This document shows, piece after piece, positions 40,104 to 51,688 of a stretch of DNA of 64,000 nucleotides (positions are counted from its first letter, which is position 1; the number at the start of each line of letters is the position of its first letter). Made by a program: the position numbers and the translations under genes. The stretch is taken from assembly GCA_046483985.1 (NCBI GenBank), contig JAWOCD010000115.1, forward strand, positions 18,584-82,583, read 5' to 3'. The DNA is from Promethearchaeia archaeon. Its GTDB lineage: Archaea; Asgardarchaeota; Lokiarchaeia; Sigyniarchaeales; SOKP01. Under the pieces are notes generated by a model, which saw only the letters and a program-made list of their open reading frames with translations, was not told the origin of the DNA and did no database searches.

Positions 40104-40596
40104 GATTCATTCACCTTTTAATTCTTACATAAAATAAAGAATTCTTTACATATATGCTTTACTTCTATAGGAATAAAAACTTTTTGTCTATTGCCTTGGC
40201 CAGATCTTGCTTATTGGTTTTTTAAGTCTTTGAGAAAAGCGGGATTTCGCTGGTTTGATTATGAGAGAAGGGAAAGTTCCTAATTAACTGATTTTCAAAA
40301 TAAAGCAAAAGCACTAATTCGTCTCCATTTGATTAAGATACTCCGAAATGTTAGTTGATTTGAGAAGATTTTATCAAAATGATCCCAGACCCTCTACGAT
40401 GACAATGTTGCGGCGATAACATTAAATGAATTAATAGATTTTAACAAGAATTTTACTAAGGGTTTCGTCTAAATCAAGGACATCTTAAGATAACCTTAAA
40501 TATAACGAATAAGACTACTAAAACCATGAAAAACTTTTCGAGGAACGTTTTTCGAGGATCATGTGCGACCTGTCCAGTATGCCGAGGAACTAAATT

Positions 40597-41481
40597 TTAA
40601 TCAAACATTGTTTTTTTTTCTTGTTCCTTTGCAAGATATTCCTCAATTGCCTCTGCAATTACATTTCTGAGTTTCTTTCGCTCACTTGGATCAATTGCAC
40701 AAAGATTGAAGCATTTATCAATCCCTAACACACGGGCAACTAGCTTTTTATCCATAGCTTTAGGCAAATCTTGCTTATTTGCTATCCCGTAAATTATAGC
40801 ATCTGGTTTTTGTTTTTTAATCATGCCCATAAATACACGCTTAGTTTGCAGCACATTCTCTACTGTACTATCTGTGACAAGCAAGATGATATGTGTACCT
40901 CTGAGAAGCATTGGCCATAATGGGGTGAAACGTTCCTGACCAGCGAAGTCCCATAATAATACATCCGTTTCTTTAATCTTCCCAAATGATTTATACTGAA
41001 CAAACATCGTTGGCAGATAGTCAAGCGGAATGTCGCGACCTTGGATCAGCTTATACATCGTGGTTTTTCCCACACCGCCAAAGCCGACAAGCGCGACTTT
41101 TACTTGTGAAAGAAGGATCTTTTCCACATGCTCATTCATCTCGTGCATCTTTGCTTTTTCAGTGTTTGGATCACTGATATAATTCAAATAATTCTCTTGC
41201 ACCACGTTTTTAAACTCGATGACTTTTTTTTCCAATTCTTCATCTCGCTCATCGGCATCGCTGCATATAACATACAAATATTGTCCCGCAGGTGTATAGG
41301 TAAATTTATAATTTCCGGCTGGTACGGACTTTACATTATTTTCTTGCATCGCTCGAATCATATCGCTCATTGCGCTTAAAAATCCGGAAACCAACGACAC
41401 ATCAACGGGAGTTCGGGAGAATGAATGATGGTATATGGCTTCTCCAGTTCTAAGCTTAATAATATAGGCGTCTTTTATCAA
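40597..41481 (-). CDS. Longin domain-small GTPase (Arf-related) fusion
   Basis: N-terminal longin (LVSGFLSAM); C-terminal GFGGVGKT, WDFAGQ, ANKQD, LCA. Confidence 0.8.
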   Translation of the reverse strand: MIKDAYIIKLRTGEAIYHHSFSRTPVDVSLVSGFLSAMSDMIRAMQENNVKSVPAGNYKFTYTPAGQYLYVICSDADERDEELEKKVIEFKNVVQENYLNYISDPNTEKAKMHEMNEHVEKILLSQVKVALVGFGGVGKTTMYKLIQGRDIPLDYLPTMFVQYKSFGKIKETDVLLWDFAGQERFTPLWPMLLRGTHIILLVTDSTVENVLQTKRVFMGMIKKQKPDAIIYGIANKQDLPKAMDKKLVARVLGIDKCFNLCAIDPSERKKLRNVIAEAIEEYLAKEQEKKTMFD

Positions 41482-41762
41482 CTTTTTATCCCAATATCCA
41501 AAATATATTTTTCGAAATTAAACTTTTTTATAAAAGTATATTAACTTTAAGGTTTAAAAATTTTTTAATTTATGTTTTATATATCTGAATTCAATCCCTC
41601 TATTTTCAAAATGTAATGGAACATAACAAGAATTTTGCTCATTGAAAAAATTAAGATATTGAATAAATCTTCAAAAGGTTTGTTTTGCTGCAAGAATTCG
41701 TAGAATGATAAACCTTGAGCATTTATTAATAAAATAATAAGAACAAAAAAAGATTTTAAAAT

Positions 41763-42539
41763 TTAAATCTTCGCGCCGCAATTAGTACAGAATTCATCAT
41801 CTGGAGATAGCTTAGCACCACAATTGGTACAAACGTCTACCTTCTCTGGTTTCTTTGAGCTTGTGCCGTCAAAATCGCTACTAAAAGAGGGTTCTTCCAT
41901 GTCTTTAGACTCAAATCCCTTTGAACTGGATTTATCTTCACCTGGGCTATATTTCAAGCTTCCAATAAAGGCGCCAAAAACCGCACCAACTCCTGCACCT
42001 TCTAAGATCGCAGTAGTCACTGCAAATAGATACGGTAAGTCGGTCAAACCCGTGAGTAATCCGTCAATAATTCCTTGTACCACTGCTTCACCACCCCCAA
42101 GAGCGGAACCTAATAGCCCAGGGATTACAAAGTAAATTGCAATTGCCGGAACTAAATATCCGATTCCGATGGCAATACTTGTAGTCATTCCTCCTACAGG
42201 ACTATGCGCAAATAGACCAGCGGTTATAGAACAACATAATATCCAAGGCACGACCACCGCAATTAAGAGGCTGACATCGTTGGGACGATACATGATACAC
42301 CAATGTATTGGGAAAAGAAAAATCATTACCAATCCAAAGAAGGCTTTTCCAATGGTCATAATTAGCTGTCCTCCTTGCGGCATCATACTTTCAAATCCGG
42401 TGAGTAGGTCCTCAAAATTCTCGATTAAACCTCCTGTTATAGCGCTGGTCAGCCCTAAAAACTGGAAGGAAACAAATGCCATAGGAATTAAGCAGAGCAT
42501 TCCAGCACAGCCCGAACAGATAACGCGTTTAAGACCCAT
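41763..42539 (-). CDS. Membrane protein with C-terminal zinc ribbon
   Basis: About 5 TM helices; CTNCG...FCTNCG. Confidence 0.75.
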   Translation of the reverse strand: MGLKRVICSGCAGMLCLIPMAFVSFQFLGLTSAITGGLIENFEDLLTGFESMMPQGGQLIMTIGKAFFGLVMIFLFPIHWCIMYRPNDVSLLIAVVVPWILCCSITAGLFAHSPVGGMTTSIAIGIGYLVPAIAIYFVIPGLLGSALGGGEAVVQGIIDGLLTGLTDLPYLFAVTTAILEGAGVGAVFGAFIGSLKYSPGEDKSSSKGFESKDMEEPSFSSDFDGTSSKKPEKVDVCTNCGAKLSPDDEFCTNCGAKI

Positions 42540-42797
42540 GAATTAATCACTTAATTTATATTTCCTAATTTAATACTATTCTTAATTAAACTTAAATCAG
42601 ATTCATATTTTAATATTTATGTTTTCTCTCTTTTTTTTTTTGAAAATCCTAGAGGCACGGCTCAGAAATTTAACTCAATATGTGTTTATTTTTGTAGAGA
42701 TTGTTAAAGTGGTGTAAAAGAAGAAAAAGAAAAGATAGAAAACTGGTCTTTATTAGGAAAACAGGTAAGAAATTAACAAAAACTTCATTTGAAAAAC

Positions 42798-43490
42798 TTA
42801 TTTTGTGCCGGTTATACGTCCTTTATCCATCCTTACCACAGTATCAGCATAATCGACGAGTGCTCTTCGATGAGTTACTACAATACAAGTAGTTTCCAGT
42901 TCTTTATTGATTTTTTTAAGTAAATCCATCACAGATTTTTCCGATTCCGGATCTAAATTACCCGTGGGCTCGTCAGCCAAGAGTACTCTCGGTCTATGAA
43001 TAATTGCCCTTGCGATTGCGCATCTCTGTTTTTCTCCGCCCGAAAGCTGAACGGGATAGTGGTCTTTTCTATCTAATAAATTCACATCACGTAAAGCAGC
43101 AATCGCCCTATTTTCGATTTCCTTTTCGCGCAATACGGTAGGCCATAGTAATGCCTCCACATTCTCAATAGCGGTTAGGGTTTGGATCAAGTTAAAATCT
43201 TGAAATACAAACCCAACTTTTTGCCGTCGTATTCGACTCAATCTATCCTCGGTGGCACGAGCGATATTTTCTCCATCAAAAATGATTTTTCCCGAATCGG
43301 GCAAATCAAGTCCTGATAGCATATTCAATAATGTTGATTTTCCACAGCCAGTTGGTCCTTGCACGATAACAAAATCACCGGACTTGATCTTTAAATTGAC
43401 ATCAACCAATGCTCTAATAATTGCTCCCGAACGTCTATATTCTTTATTCACATCAATGGCTTCCACCATTGTATCTTTTCTCGATGACAT
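42798..43490 (-). CDS. ABC transporter ATP-binding protein (LolD/MacB type)
   Basis: GPTGCGKST, LSGGEKQR, DEPTGNLD, VTH. Confidence 0.93.
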   Translation of the reverse strand: MSSRKDTMVEAIDVNKEYRRSGAIIRALVDVNLKIKSGDFVIVQGPTGCGKSTLLNMLSGLDLPDSGKIIFDGENIARATEDRLSRIRRQKVGFVFQDFNLIQTLTAIENVEALLWPTVLREKEIENRAIAALRDVNLLDRKDHYPVQLSGGEKQRCAIARAIIHRPRVLLADEPTGNLDPESEKSVMDLLKKINKELETTCIVVTHRRALVDYADTVVRMDKGRITGTK

Positions 43491-43503
43491 TTTTTATTCC
43501 TCC

Positions 43504-44070
43504 TTATTCACCTACTTTTTTAAGTGCTATTATTGGTCGAACTTGCTTAATCTTTTGGCTTGCTACAACTATTGCGAGAATCTGCACTATCAAAAACATT
43601 ATACAAGTCGCGATGACTGGGCTTAAACTTATTAGCGGTAAATCTTTCACAAAATAGGTCGCATTACTGACATTCGCCTCGGCAGCTTGTAAATATCCTA
43701 AAATGGCCGCATAGTGGAATAAAATTTCGAGAACAATGATAAACCCCATTAATGTGGTAAATATGATATTGCTTGCCGCTAATGAATTTATATTTTTATT
43801 AGTATATCCAATGCATTTTAAGGTTGCCCAAGTTCTTCGATTCCTTCTTACAATTAACCAGGCATAGAGAAGGGATAGAAAGATACTAGCCCCCAATGAA
43901 ATGAGAAACGAGGTAATCCCGAATGCATTTCCTCCATTGGCTCCCATGATCAATTCAATAGAATAACTGGTCCAAAAGATTAGTATAGTATACATTAATG
44001 TAAATATAACGAAGCTTTTGGTATTTCTGAGGCTCATGAGTACGCCTTTTTTGTATAATCTTAACGCCAT
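43504..44070 (-). CDS. FtsX-like ABC permease
   Basis: 4 TM helices, 'RRTWATLKCIGY' motif, C-terminal PIIALK; adjacent to the ATPase. Confidence 0.75.
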   Translation of the reverse strand: MALRLYKKGVLMSLRNTKSFVIFTLMYTILIFWTSYSIELIMGANGGNAFGITSFLISLGASIFLSLLYAWLIVRRNRRTWATLKCIGYTNKNINSLAASNIIFTTLMGFIIVLEILFHYAAILGYLQAAEANVSNATYFVKDLPLISLSPVIATCIMFLIVQILAIVVASQKIKQVRPIIALKKVGE

Positions 44071-44296
44071 AATTAATTTTCACGTTGTAGTTTTTTCATA
44101 TCCTTTTCTTATATATTTAATATTGTTAGTTTATATTTAAATACATTTTTTCTAAGTTCTTAATTTCAAGTTTGAAGCTGTGATTTCTCTGAAAATTTAA
44201 ATTAACAATTTCTATTATATATTATATAAAATTACTATTTTTAATTCTAATTAGTTGATTGAATCATAGGTATTTACATAAAAGAATCGAATAAAA

Positions 44297-44683
44297 ATGT
44301 CTGAAATTGAAAAGATTGTTGATGAGTTGTTGAATGAGGAGCAAAATATTTTTGGCGTTGCGGTGATAGGCAAAGATGGTTCTCTTCTGATGCAAACGGA
44401 AAATTGGGATATTACTAACGATTTAGAAAAGATAAATGAATTGATAAATTCAGAAGAAGGTATCGGACGCATTGAGATCCAAGGAATCCGTTATATGGTC
44501 GTTGAAAATACTCCCGAACGTAAAATAGGGACAAATGTAACGGGAAAAGGACACATTATTATCTGTCCGATCCCAGTCGGTGGGTCTGGTGCTTTAGTAT
44601 CCTATATTAACCCGCAAGTCGGTCCCCGAGATGCCCTTTTTAATGCCCAAGATTTTGCCAAAAAATTGACCGATGTAATTTAA
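44297..44683 (+). CDS. Asgard (Loki-type) profilin
   Basis: IGKDG...QTENW...IQGIRYMVVENT.ERKIGTN.TGKGH...PIPVGG.GAL...NP..GPRD matches the Lokiarchaeal profilins as I recall them. Confidence 0.88.
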   Translation: MSEIEKIVDELLNEEQNIFGVAVIGKDGSLLMQTENWDITNDLEKINELINSEEGIGRIEIQGIRYMVVENTPERKIGTNVTGKGHIIICPIPVGGSGALVSYINPQVGPRDALFNAQDFAKKLTDVI

Positions 44684-44722
44684 AAATCTATTTCTTTCTT
44701 TTTTTCCTTTTATTTATCTTTG

Positions 44723-45841
44723 TTACTCTCCTATATCGTTATTTAGATCCCAATATTCACCTTGAACACGGAAGACCGCTTCTGTAATTCTGCTTATTTC
44801 TTCTTTTATATTTTTATTGCTGAAATCAATATTTTCAAATTGTGGTCGAGAATAAGGTTCCCCCAGCAATGCCCTTATGACTGAATGGACACAATACGGT
44901 AAGCCTATGAGACTATATCCCCCTTCCATTACAAAGGCGATCCTCCCCTTACACACCGTTTCAGCGAGATTTAAGAGATTCTCTGTGAAATCATAGTAAC
45001 TTTTAGTGGTTAAATAACAATTTCCGATGGGGTCTGCATAATACATATCAAACCCACACGCCACAATGATTAATTCTGGATCAAACTCGGTTAATACAGG
45101 GGTTAAAATATCAAAAAATGATAAAAATACCTCATCATAGGTATTACTGGGGATGGGGAAGTTTATATTTTTCCCCAAGCCTTGACCTTCGCCCCCTTCG
45201 TCTATGAACCCAATCCCTCCCTCCATAAAATCAAACTCATGTATCGAAAAATATAACACGCTTGGATCATCATAAAAATATTGCGATAAACCGTCGCCGA
45301 AATGGTCATCTATATCGACAATCGCGATTTTCTTCTTTATATTAAGTTTCTCTCGTAAATATAGGATACTGAGGGCAATATTGTTGAAGATACATAATCC
45401 CGACGATTTGAGTCGTATAGCGTGATGCCCCGGAGGCCGAATAAGTGCAAATGAATGATTTACTTTCCCCTTAATAACATCCTTTACGGCTCGGATGGCA
45501 CCTCCTACTGCTTTTTTAGCCAATTGGTAGGTGTGGGAGGTAATAAAAATCTCTTCCCCTAATAACCCGCTTCCCGTTTTTGATAAATTTTTTATAGAAT
45601 TTATATGATAGTTTGAATGTCCTAATTTAATTATATCCTCTTTAATCTCCGCTGGTTTCCCTTGGATAATCCGCTTATCATCAAAAAGATTTACGCGTTT
45701 AAAATATTCCAGTATAGATTTGATGCGGAGCGGAGTTTCAAATGAAAGAAAGGAAGGATTCACAAAGGGGGGCTTATGTTTTTCTGCAAAATCATTATCG
45801 GTAATAACAGAGATAACTTTTTTCTTATCTGACATGGTCAT
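44723..45841 (-). CDS. Histone deacetylase family (Zn-dependent) protein
   Basis: RPPGHHA, GLCIFNN, DIDDHFGDG, GFD...DPIG, EGGY. Confidence 0.92.
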   Translation of the reverse strand: MTMSDKKKVISVITDNDFAEKHKPPFVNPSFLSFETPLRIKSILEYFKRVNLFDDKRIIQGKPAEIKEDIIKLGHSNYHINSIKNLSKTGSGLLGEEIFITSHTYQLAKKAVGGAIRAVKDVIKGKVNHSFALIRPPGHHAIRLKSSGLCIFNNIALSILYLREKLNIKKKIAIVDIDDHFGDGLSQYFYDDPSVLYFSIHEFDFMEGGIGFIDEGGEGQGLGKNINFPIPSNTYDEVFLSFFDILTPVLTEFDPELIIVACGFDMYYADPIGNCYLTTKSYYDFTENLLNLAETVCKGRIAFVMEGGYSLIGLPYCVHSVIRALLGEPYSRPQFENIDFSNKNIKEEISRITEAVFRVQGEYWDLNNDIGE

Positions 45842-45961
45842 ATTAAAAATAAACCTAAAATATTAAGAATAAAAACTAATATATACTCTTAATACAATAA
45901 GGAATTTATATGAAATTATTTTTTAGACTTTAGTGAATTAATCAATTTAAGGATTGATAAT

Positions 45962-48193
45962 ATGATGGACATCATTTTGACTCTTATCTTAAACTCTCTT
46001 CCCATTGTAGTGTTGTTTATCCCATATCTTTTTTTCAAGAAAAAAATTGCTGGAAAACTTTATTTCCGTATTGTGGTGGGGATCACAGTGTTTTACGTGA
46101 TTTACTGGATATTACCTCTCATTTTCCAAGTTGGTGCCGAACCGGTGAAATTAAAAACCCAGAATACGGAGCCTGACATGTTATTGGGGATTCAATATAT
46201 TATCACCCATTTCGGATCTTTAATTTCGCTATATGCCTTTTATCCGTTAGTCACCCTTCCATTCATCTTTTTTATGGCTCCTTTCGTTTCCATCTTTATA
46301 GTTTGGAATAAATTAAGAAGACAAAAAGGCTCCATCCAAGAAAATATCGATGATTTGACTTTTGAATACAGCGAAAGTCCGTATGAACAAATTAGAACTG
46401 AAATAAAACGACATGATTGGTCACGGGAAAAAGAAATACTCAAGTTGATGATGGTTTTATTGCCTATTTCGCTGTATTTATTGCAAGTCATCTTAGATAT
46501 CTCCAATCTTCAAAATGTATCTTTAATCACGGGAGATACGGCTTTGGGATGGTTTATTGAGATCTTATTTGTCTATCTAGCGATATTTATTTTTGGAGTA
46601 GAGTTATTATACGGTGCGAAAATTGCATTTAAGGGAAGATATATCGGAGAAGATATTCGAGAAAATACATTTCGAAGTTTATATTCGGTGGGTGCGCCAA
46701 TTTCCATCCTCTCCATAATCTTATTTGTCATTCAATATACTTCATCGATCTTTATCATTTTATATTTCTTTGCGTATTTTTTTATGGCGTCTATTCTATT
46801 TATTTTATTTTTAAACATTTTTGAACCTATTTCCATCTATATCTTTATCAAACTTATCAACTGGTGGAATAATAAAAAGAAAAACCTGGAAACCATAGAT
46901 TACACAAACAGTCTATATGTAATCCTTGCAGCGATTGGAGCCGTAATCATCTATTTATTACTCAGTTCAAGTTTTACTATGATATACCAGGTATTATTTG
47001 AGGACCCCGCTGCTTTAGTGAACAGCTCTAACTTTAGCTATAAAAATCCCACATTTATGGAAAGTCTTGGTTTTGATTTGCTCAATATCTTCAATTTTGT
47101 GGTCATAACATTAATCCCACTCTTCATTTCTGCTTGGTTATTCTCATATGGATTACAATTTGTCAAAAGTAAATTTGTGGGATTTATCTCTTTTCTCCCC
47201 GTCATTATTGGGATATCAATTCTCTTTTCCTTTCTGAAGATACCTCCGCTTATAAATTTCGCTCCTGAGGAATATTGGGTTACCGGACAAACGAGTTTTA
47301 CCGACATTTTTGGATTTACTTTTTATACCTTGAGAACTGCTACATTTGATGCGAATCTTGTTTCAGCAGGGGGAGAATATACACTTTTAGGTATATTAGC
47401 CCTTCCCTATCTCTATACACGCTATATTTTTAATATTATAATCTGGACATTACTTATTGCTTACCTTAAAAAGTATTTTAAGACCAAGAATATCCCCAAA
47501 AATTATAAAGAAGTAGAAAAGGTAGTATTTTCCACCCTCTCGGGGTTTCTGATGCTAAAGGACTATTTAAGTGGTACTACACGCTATTTAGTGTCAAAGA
47601 CCGAAACTGCAGAACAAGCCGATCTGACTGGAGAGCGGGATGAGGTTAAGGAATTTTTAAATAAGTTAAACGAAGATAAATTACTCAAAAATGTCATACC
47701 CGAAGATGAGGATGAAAAACGGCGTTTTTATTATGTACTCAAATATTTATATGGACAAGAGTTAATTCGAATTTGGCGGTCGGAATTCAGTTATACCTAT
47801 GAACGGGTCAAAAAGCAGGCGCTCTATATTATGTATACCGACGGTCGGGATGTGTTCAACTACCCGTTTGAGGATGCCGAACTGCAAGACCCAGCTTTGA
47901 TCTCCGGAATGTTTTCTGCCATTTCTTCATTTATCAAAGAAACTACGAGAAGTACGCAGACTCTTAAAACGATTGATCATGGCGATATAACCATCCTTAT
48001 TGAGTATGGCGATTATATTTTTGGAGCACTATTTATTAAAGGAAATCAGACTTCTGAAATTCGGGCCAAACTCAGAACGTTTATTGAAGAATTTGAAGAC
48101 AAACACAGAAATTTATTGGAAGATTGGAACGGATCTTTAGGTGCCTTCCAAGATGATGATACGTTGATAGAACGCATTTTTACAAAAGAATAA
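45962..48193 (+). CDS. Polytopic membrane protein with C-terminal longin-like domain
   Basis: About 11-12 TM helices. C-terminal LYIMYTDGR...DPALISGMFSAISSFIKE...FIEEFE is an Asgard longin pattern. Confidence 0.75.
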   Translation: MMDIILTLILNSLPIVVLFIPYLFFKKKIAGKLYFRIVVGITVFYVIYWILPLIFQVGAEPVKLKTQNTEPDMLLGIQYIITHFGSLISLYAFYPLVTLPFIFFMAPFVSIFIVWNKLRRQKGSIQENIDDLTFEYSESPYEQIRTEIKRHDWSREKEILKLMMVLLPISLYLLQVILDISNLQNVSLITGDTALGWFIEILFVYLAIFIFGVELLYGAKIAFKGRYIGEDIRENTFRSLYSVGAPISILSIILFVIQYTSSIFIILYFFAYFFMASILFILFLNIFEPISIYIFIKLINWWNNKKKNLETIDYTNSLYVILAAIGAVIIYLLLSSSFTMIYQVLFEDPAALVNSSNFSYKNPTFMESLGFDLLNIFNFVVITLIPLFISAWLFSYGLQFVKSKFVGFISFLPVIIGISILFSFLKIPPLINFAPEEYWVTGQTSFTDIFGFTFYTLRTATFDANLVSAGGEYTLLGILALPYLYTRYIFNIIIWTLLIAYLKKYFKTKNIPKNYKEVEKVVFSTLSGFLMLKDYLSGTTRYLVSKTETAEQADLTGERDEVKEFLNKLNEDKLLKNVIPEDEDEKRRFYYVLKYLYGQELIRIWRSEFSYTYERVKKQALYIMYTDGRDVFNYPFEDAELQDPALISGMFSAISSFIKETTRSTQTLKTIDHGDITILIEYGDYIFGALFIKGNQTSEIRAKLRTFIEEFEDKHRNLLEDWNGSLGAFQDDDTLIERIFTKE

Positions 48194-48473
48194 TTTTATT
48201 CACCTCAGCATTCTTTTTATTAATTTTAAGTTTCTTGAACTTATTCCAATAGATACGAAATATGTACAAGATAACATCTTGAACAGCAAGTAATTTAGAA
48301 ACAATTATAATAATGATAACGTTAATACCATAATGAATACATAAAAAACTACATAAACCTTTTCTAGTTCAAATGCATATATGGATCATTTAAACTGATG
48401 ATTATTGAATAAAAATAAGAAAAAATTAAAAAGAAAATAGTAGTTAATGATGAATTGGGACAGGAGATTGCTC

Positions 48474-50162
48474 TTACATCATACCTGGTGGAGCGCCGCC
48501 ACCCATACCTCCCATTCCACCGGGCATACCGCCACCAGGACCGCCAGGGCCACCAGGGCCACCAGGGGGCATATCAGATTTAGCTCCCGCAATCACATCA
48601 TCGATTCTCAGAATCATAGATGCTGCTTCCGAAGAGCTCTTGATGGCTTGCACTTTCACGGCTGTGGGTTCGACTACACCAATTTTCAGCATATCATTTT
48701 GTACTTCTCCAGTTTCCAGATTAAATCCAGCAAATTTATTACCTTCTTGATGTTCGGCGCGCAATTTCACCAAGATATCGATTTGATCTAATCCAGCGTT
48801 TTCGGCTAAGGTCTTGGGAACGATTTCCAAACTATCAGCAAAAACTTCAATAGCGAGTTGTTCTCTGCCGCCTAAAGTCGATGCATATTCGCGTAATTGA
48901 ATTGCACACTCTAATTCAGGGGCACCGCCACCGCCAACAATTTTCTCATCTTCAACCACATCCCGCACCACACATAATGCATCGTGAATGGCACGCTCGA
49001 CTTCTTCAACAATCAAGTCGGTTCCACCACGGATTAGTATGACAACAGATTTTGGATCAACGCAATCTTCTATAAAGATCCAAGAATCATTCATTATCTT
49101 TCTTTCTTCGACTTTACCAGCTTCTCCGAGATTTTCAGCGCTAATATCTTCCAAGTTATTGATGACTCGACCGCCCGTAGCTTCTGCCAATTTTTCAAGG
49201 TCCGATTTTTTCACTCGACGCACTGCCATAATCCCTTCTTTTGCAAGGAAGTGTTGGGCCATATCGTCAATACCTTTCTGACAGATAACCACATTTGCGC
49301 CAGCATCCTTGATTCTCTTTACAATATCCCTGAGCATATTTTCTTCCTCATCCAGATATTGCTGAATTTGTTCTGGGCTGGTGATTTGAAGTTTGCTGTC
49401 AAATTCAGTCTTTTCAATTTCAATCGCAGATTGTAAGAGAAGGATTTTTGCATTGTTTACATCTTTGGGCATTCCAGAGCTGACGACTTCCTTGTCTAAG
49501 ATGATTCCTTTAATCAAAGAAGTATCGTCAATCATTTCTCCTTCTTTTTTCTGAATTTGAACCTTATCAATATCCGCAACCCATTTTCCTTCGACTTTTT
49601 CAGCAACTGATTTAATAGCGTCAATACAGACTTCGGCTAAATGCTCCTTGGCTTCTGACACAATCTTACTGGACATACATGTCATGGCAGCATCTTTCAA
49701 TCCCTTCTCGTCATTAATTCCACTCTTTACAGAAATATTTTCAAGAATCTCAACGGATTTTTCTACTGCTTTTCGGAAACCTTCAGTGATCACTGTTGGA
49801 TGAATCTTCTGGTCTAATAACTTCTCAGCGCGTTTAAGCAATTCTCCAGCAAGAATGACACTGGTTGTGGTGCCATCGCCCACTTCAGAATCTTGGGTCT
49901 TGGCAACTTCCACCATCATTTTTGCAGCCGGATGTTGTACATCGATTTCCTTTAAAATCGTAGCGCCATCGTTCGTAATAACTACATCACCGAATTGATC
50001 TACGAGCATTTTGTCCATCCCTCGTGGACCGAGAGAGGTACGAACTGCTTCGGCAATTACCTTAGCAGCATTAATATTATTGCTCATAGCGTCTTTACCG
50101 CGTTGTCGTTCCGTGCCTTCCTTAAGAAGTACAATAGGAGATCCTCCTAATTGTGCACACAT
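48474..50162 (-). CDS. ths: Thermosome (group II chaperonin) subunit
   Basis: [29 protein letters not shown]; Gly/Pro/Met-rich tail. Confidence 0.96.
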   Translation of the reverse strand: MCAQLGGSPIVLLKEGTERQRGKDAMSNNINAAKVIAEAVRTSLGPRGMDKMLVDQFGDVVITNDGATILKEIDVQHPAAKMMVEVAKTQDSEVGDGTTTSVILAGELLKRAEKLLDQKIHPTVITEGFRKAVEKSVEILENISVKSGINDEKGLKDAAMTCMSSKIVSEAKEHLAEVCIDAIKSVAEKVEGKWVADIDKVQIQKKEGEMIDDTSLIKGIILDKEVVSSGMPKDVNNAKILLLQSAIEIEKTEFDSKLQITSPEQIQQYLDEEENMLRDIVKRIKDAGANVVICQKGIDDMAQHFLAKEGIMAVRRVKKSDLEKLAEATGGRVINNLEDISAENLGEAGKVEERKIMNDSWIFIEDCVDPKSVVILIRGGTDLIVEEVERAIHDALCVVRDVVEDEKIVGGGGAPELECAIQLREYASTLGGREQLAIEVFADSLEIVPKTLAENAGLDQIDILVKLRAEHQEGNKFAGFNLETGEVQNDMLKIGVVEPTAVKVQAIKSSSEAASMILRIDDVIAGAKSDMPPGGPGGPGGPGGGMPGGMGGMGGGAPPGMM

Positions 50163-50571
50163 ATACTTTTACACCTAATTTCAAAAATTTTAATTTCTAT
50201 TTTTTCGATCTATATATAATGATCTCTATATCATAAAATTAAAAGTTTTTGAATTTAAAAATTAAATCCCATCTAACCCGAAAAATGGAGAAAAAAGTAA
50301 AAAAAAAGGATGTCCTTTAAAAAGGGGGAGGAAACTTTTTCTTGTTGATTATAAAGATTGTCTACTTCTACTTTCATATCAACATTTAAGACCGTAGATA
50401 ACTGCTCTTAAAATAAACTACTCAAACCAGGAATGAAATTATTATAATATTAATATCCATAAATGTACCAGGTTAAAGACTGAAATAAAAACCAAAAAAT
50501 GATGACAAAAATAAAAGTTGAACACGCTTCTATACAGAAGTTAAAAATAAGAATAAAAAATCAGATTTCCT

Positions 50572-50733
50572 TTATTTGGGGAGTTCCTTTCTCTTTTGGC
50601 GTAAATCTTTTCCGTGGCATTTCCTGCACTTTTTTGCTTTCGGTGGATTAAGCGCACCGCATCTCCTACATACGCTCTTATTCAAAAGATGTTCTCGGGC
50701 AATCCTTTTCTTATGGGGTTCATCAATAGGCAT
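50572..50733 (-). CDS. rpl40e: 50S ribosomal protein L40e (stand-alone, not ubiquitin-fused)
   Basis: Not in the ORF track. Hand translation: MPIDEPHKKRIAREHLLNKSVCRRCGALNPPKAKKCRKCHGKDLRQKRKELPK. Confidence 0.92.
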   Translation of the reverse strand: MPIDEPHKKRIAREHLLNKSVCRRCGALNPPKAKKCRKCHGKDLRQKRKELPK

Positions 50734-50958
50734 TTTCTTTCACTTCTCAATTTTTATTAGTAAAAAGTCTATATAGTATAGAAAAAAAGGAATTATTGAA
50801 AATAAAATTTTTGGATGCAACCGCAGTACTAATAAAATTAAAATTGGATAGTATATAGATGTAAACAAAGGAATAGGAAATAAAATAAGTAATGTTAAAT
50901 TTAAATCATTACTAGAAACTTAATTTAATAGAATAATAAGCACAACAGTTGAACAATT

Positions 50959-51153
50959 TTGCCGAAAGAAATTTTTGATGAGGATCAATTTTTAGACCTT
51001 TCTAGAAGAAGCATTCATTGCCGTGTAAAAAGATTAGAAGATGTAGTAAAACTAAAACTTCGCACCAAGAAATATCTGTATACCTATAAGACGGATCCGG
51101 GAAATGCAGAAAGGCTGATAAAAGAAATTAATTGTGAAATTATCGAAATATAA
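50959..51153 (+). CDS. rpl38e: Ribosomal protein L38e
   Basis: MPKEI...F...R...KLKLRTKKYLYT. Confidence 0.9.
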   Translation: MPKEIFDEDQFLDLSRRSIHCRVKRLEDVVKLKLRTKKYLYTYKTDPGNAERLIKEINCEIIEI

Positions 51154-51178
51154 ATATTTGAATTTAAAGGAATAAAAA

Positions 51179-51688
51179 ATGAAAAATCTTCCAGCGTGTC
51201 AAACATGCGTTTCTTCGGGCTTTCTTTGCTCGAGTTGCCAAGAGAAGTATGATAAAGGGGAATTAACAGATTTTGAGTTAGATTTATCTAAAGATTTTCT
51301 CGACTTGGAAGATCAAGATGAACACAGTTATCTAAAAGACATATCCTTCTATAAAGCAATAGATTATGGTGATGTGGTCATCCTTCTGGTTGATAAGCAA
51401 TTCAAATTAAGAGCTACCTCAAACCTTCTCAATTGGATTAAAGATATTTATGAGATAGATCAATTAATTTTGGTTGAGAAATCTGCCGATCCAAGAAACA
51501 CATTAGAATCACTAATTGCTCCGGCGAAACTGGTTTCGTTAAATGAAATCTTTTTGGCTACGGGAGATGTAGAGTATAAAGCTATCTTACGTGAAAGAGA
51601 TAGAGAAAAAGTTCTGTTTACCGAGGAAGAATTGGGTGATTTAGTTCAAGAGCTCACTGATAAGACAGTAAGTATAGAATTCCAATAA
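51179..51688 (+). CDS. Archaeal NusA-like protein with N-terminal Cys cluster
   Basis: LPACQTC..SGFLCSSC; context is L38e-pth2-truD. Confidence 0.55.
   Translation: MKNLPACQTCVSSGFLCSSCQEKYDKGELTDFELDLSKDFLDLEDQDEHSYLKDISFYKAIDYGDVVILLVDKQFKLRATSNLLNWIKDIYEIDQLILVEKSADPRNTLESLIAPAKLVSLNEIFLATGDVEYKAILRERDREKVLFTEEELGDLVQELTDKTVSIEFQ

Noticed and set aside
40190-40596. Intergenic stretch with a tiny CxxCxxC ORF and a repeated TTTTCGAGGA
   Set aside because: Only 24 codons and two 10-bp copies; no supportable feature.
48480-48570. GC-rich short tandem repeats
   Set aside because: They encode the ordinary GGP/GGM chaperonin tail.
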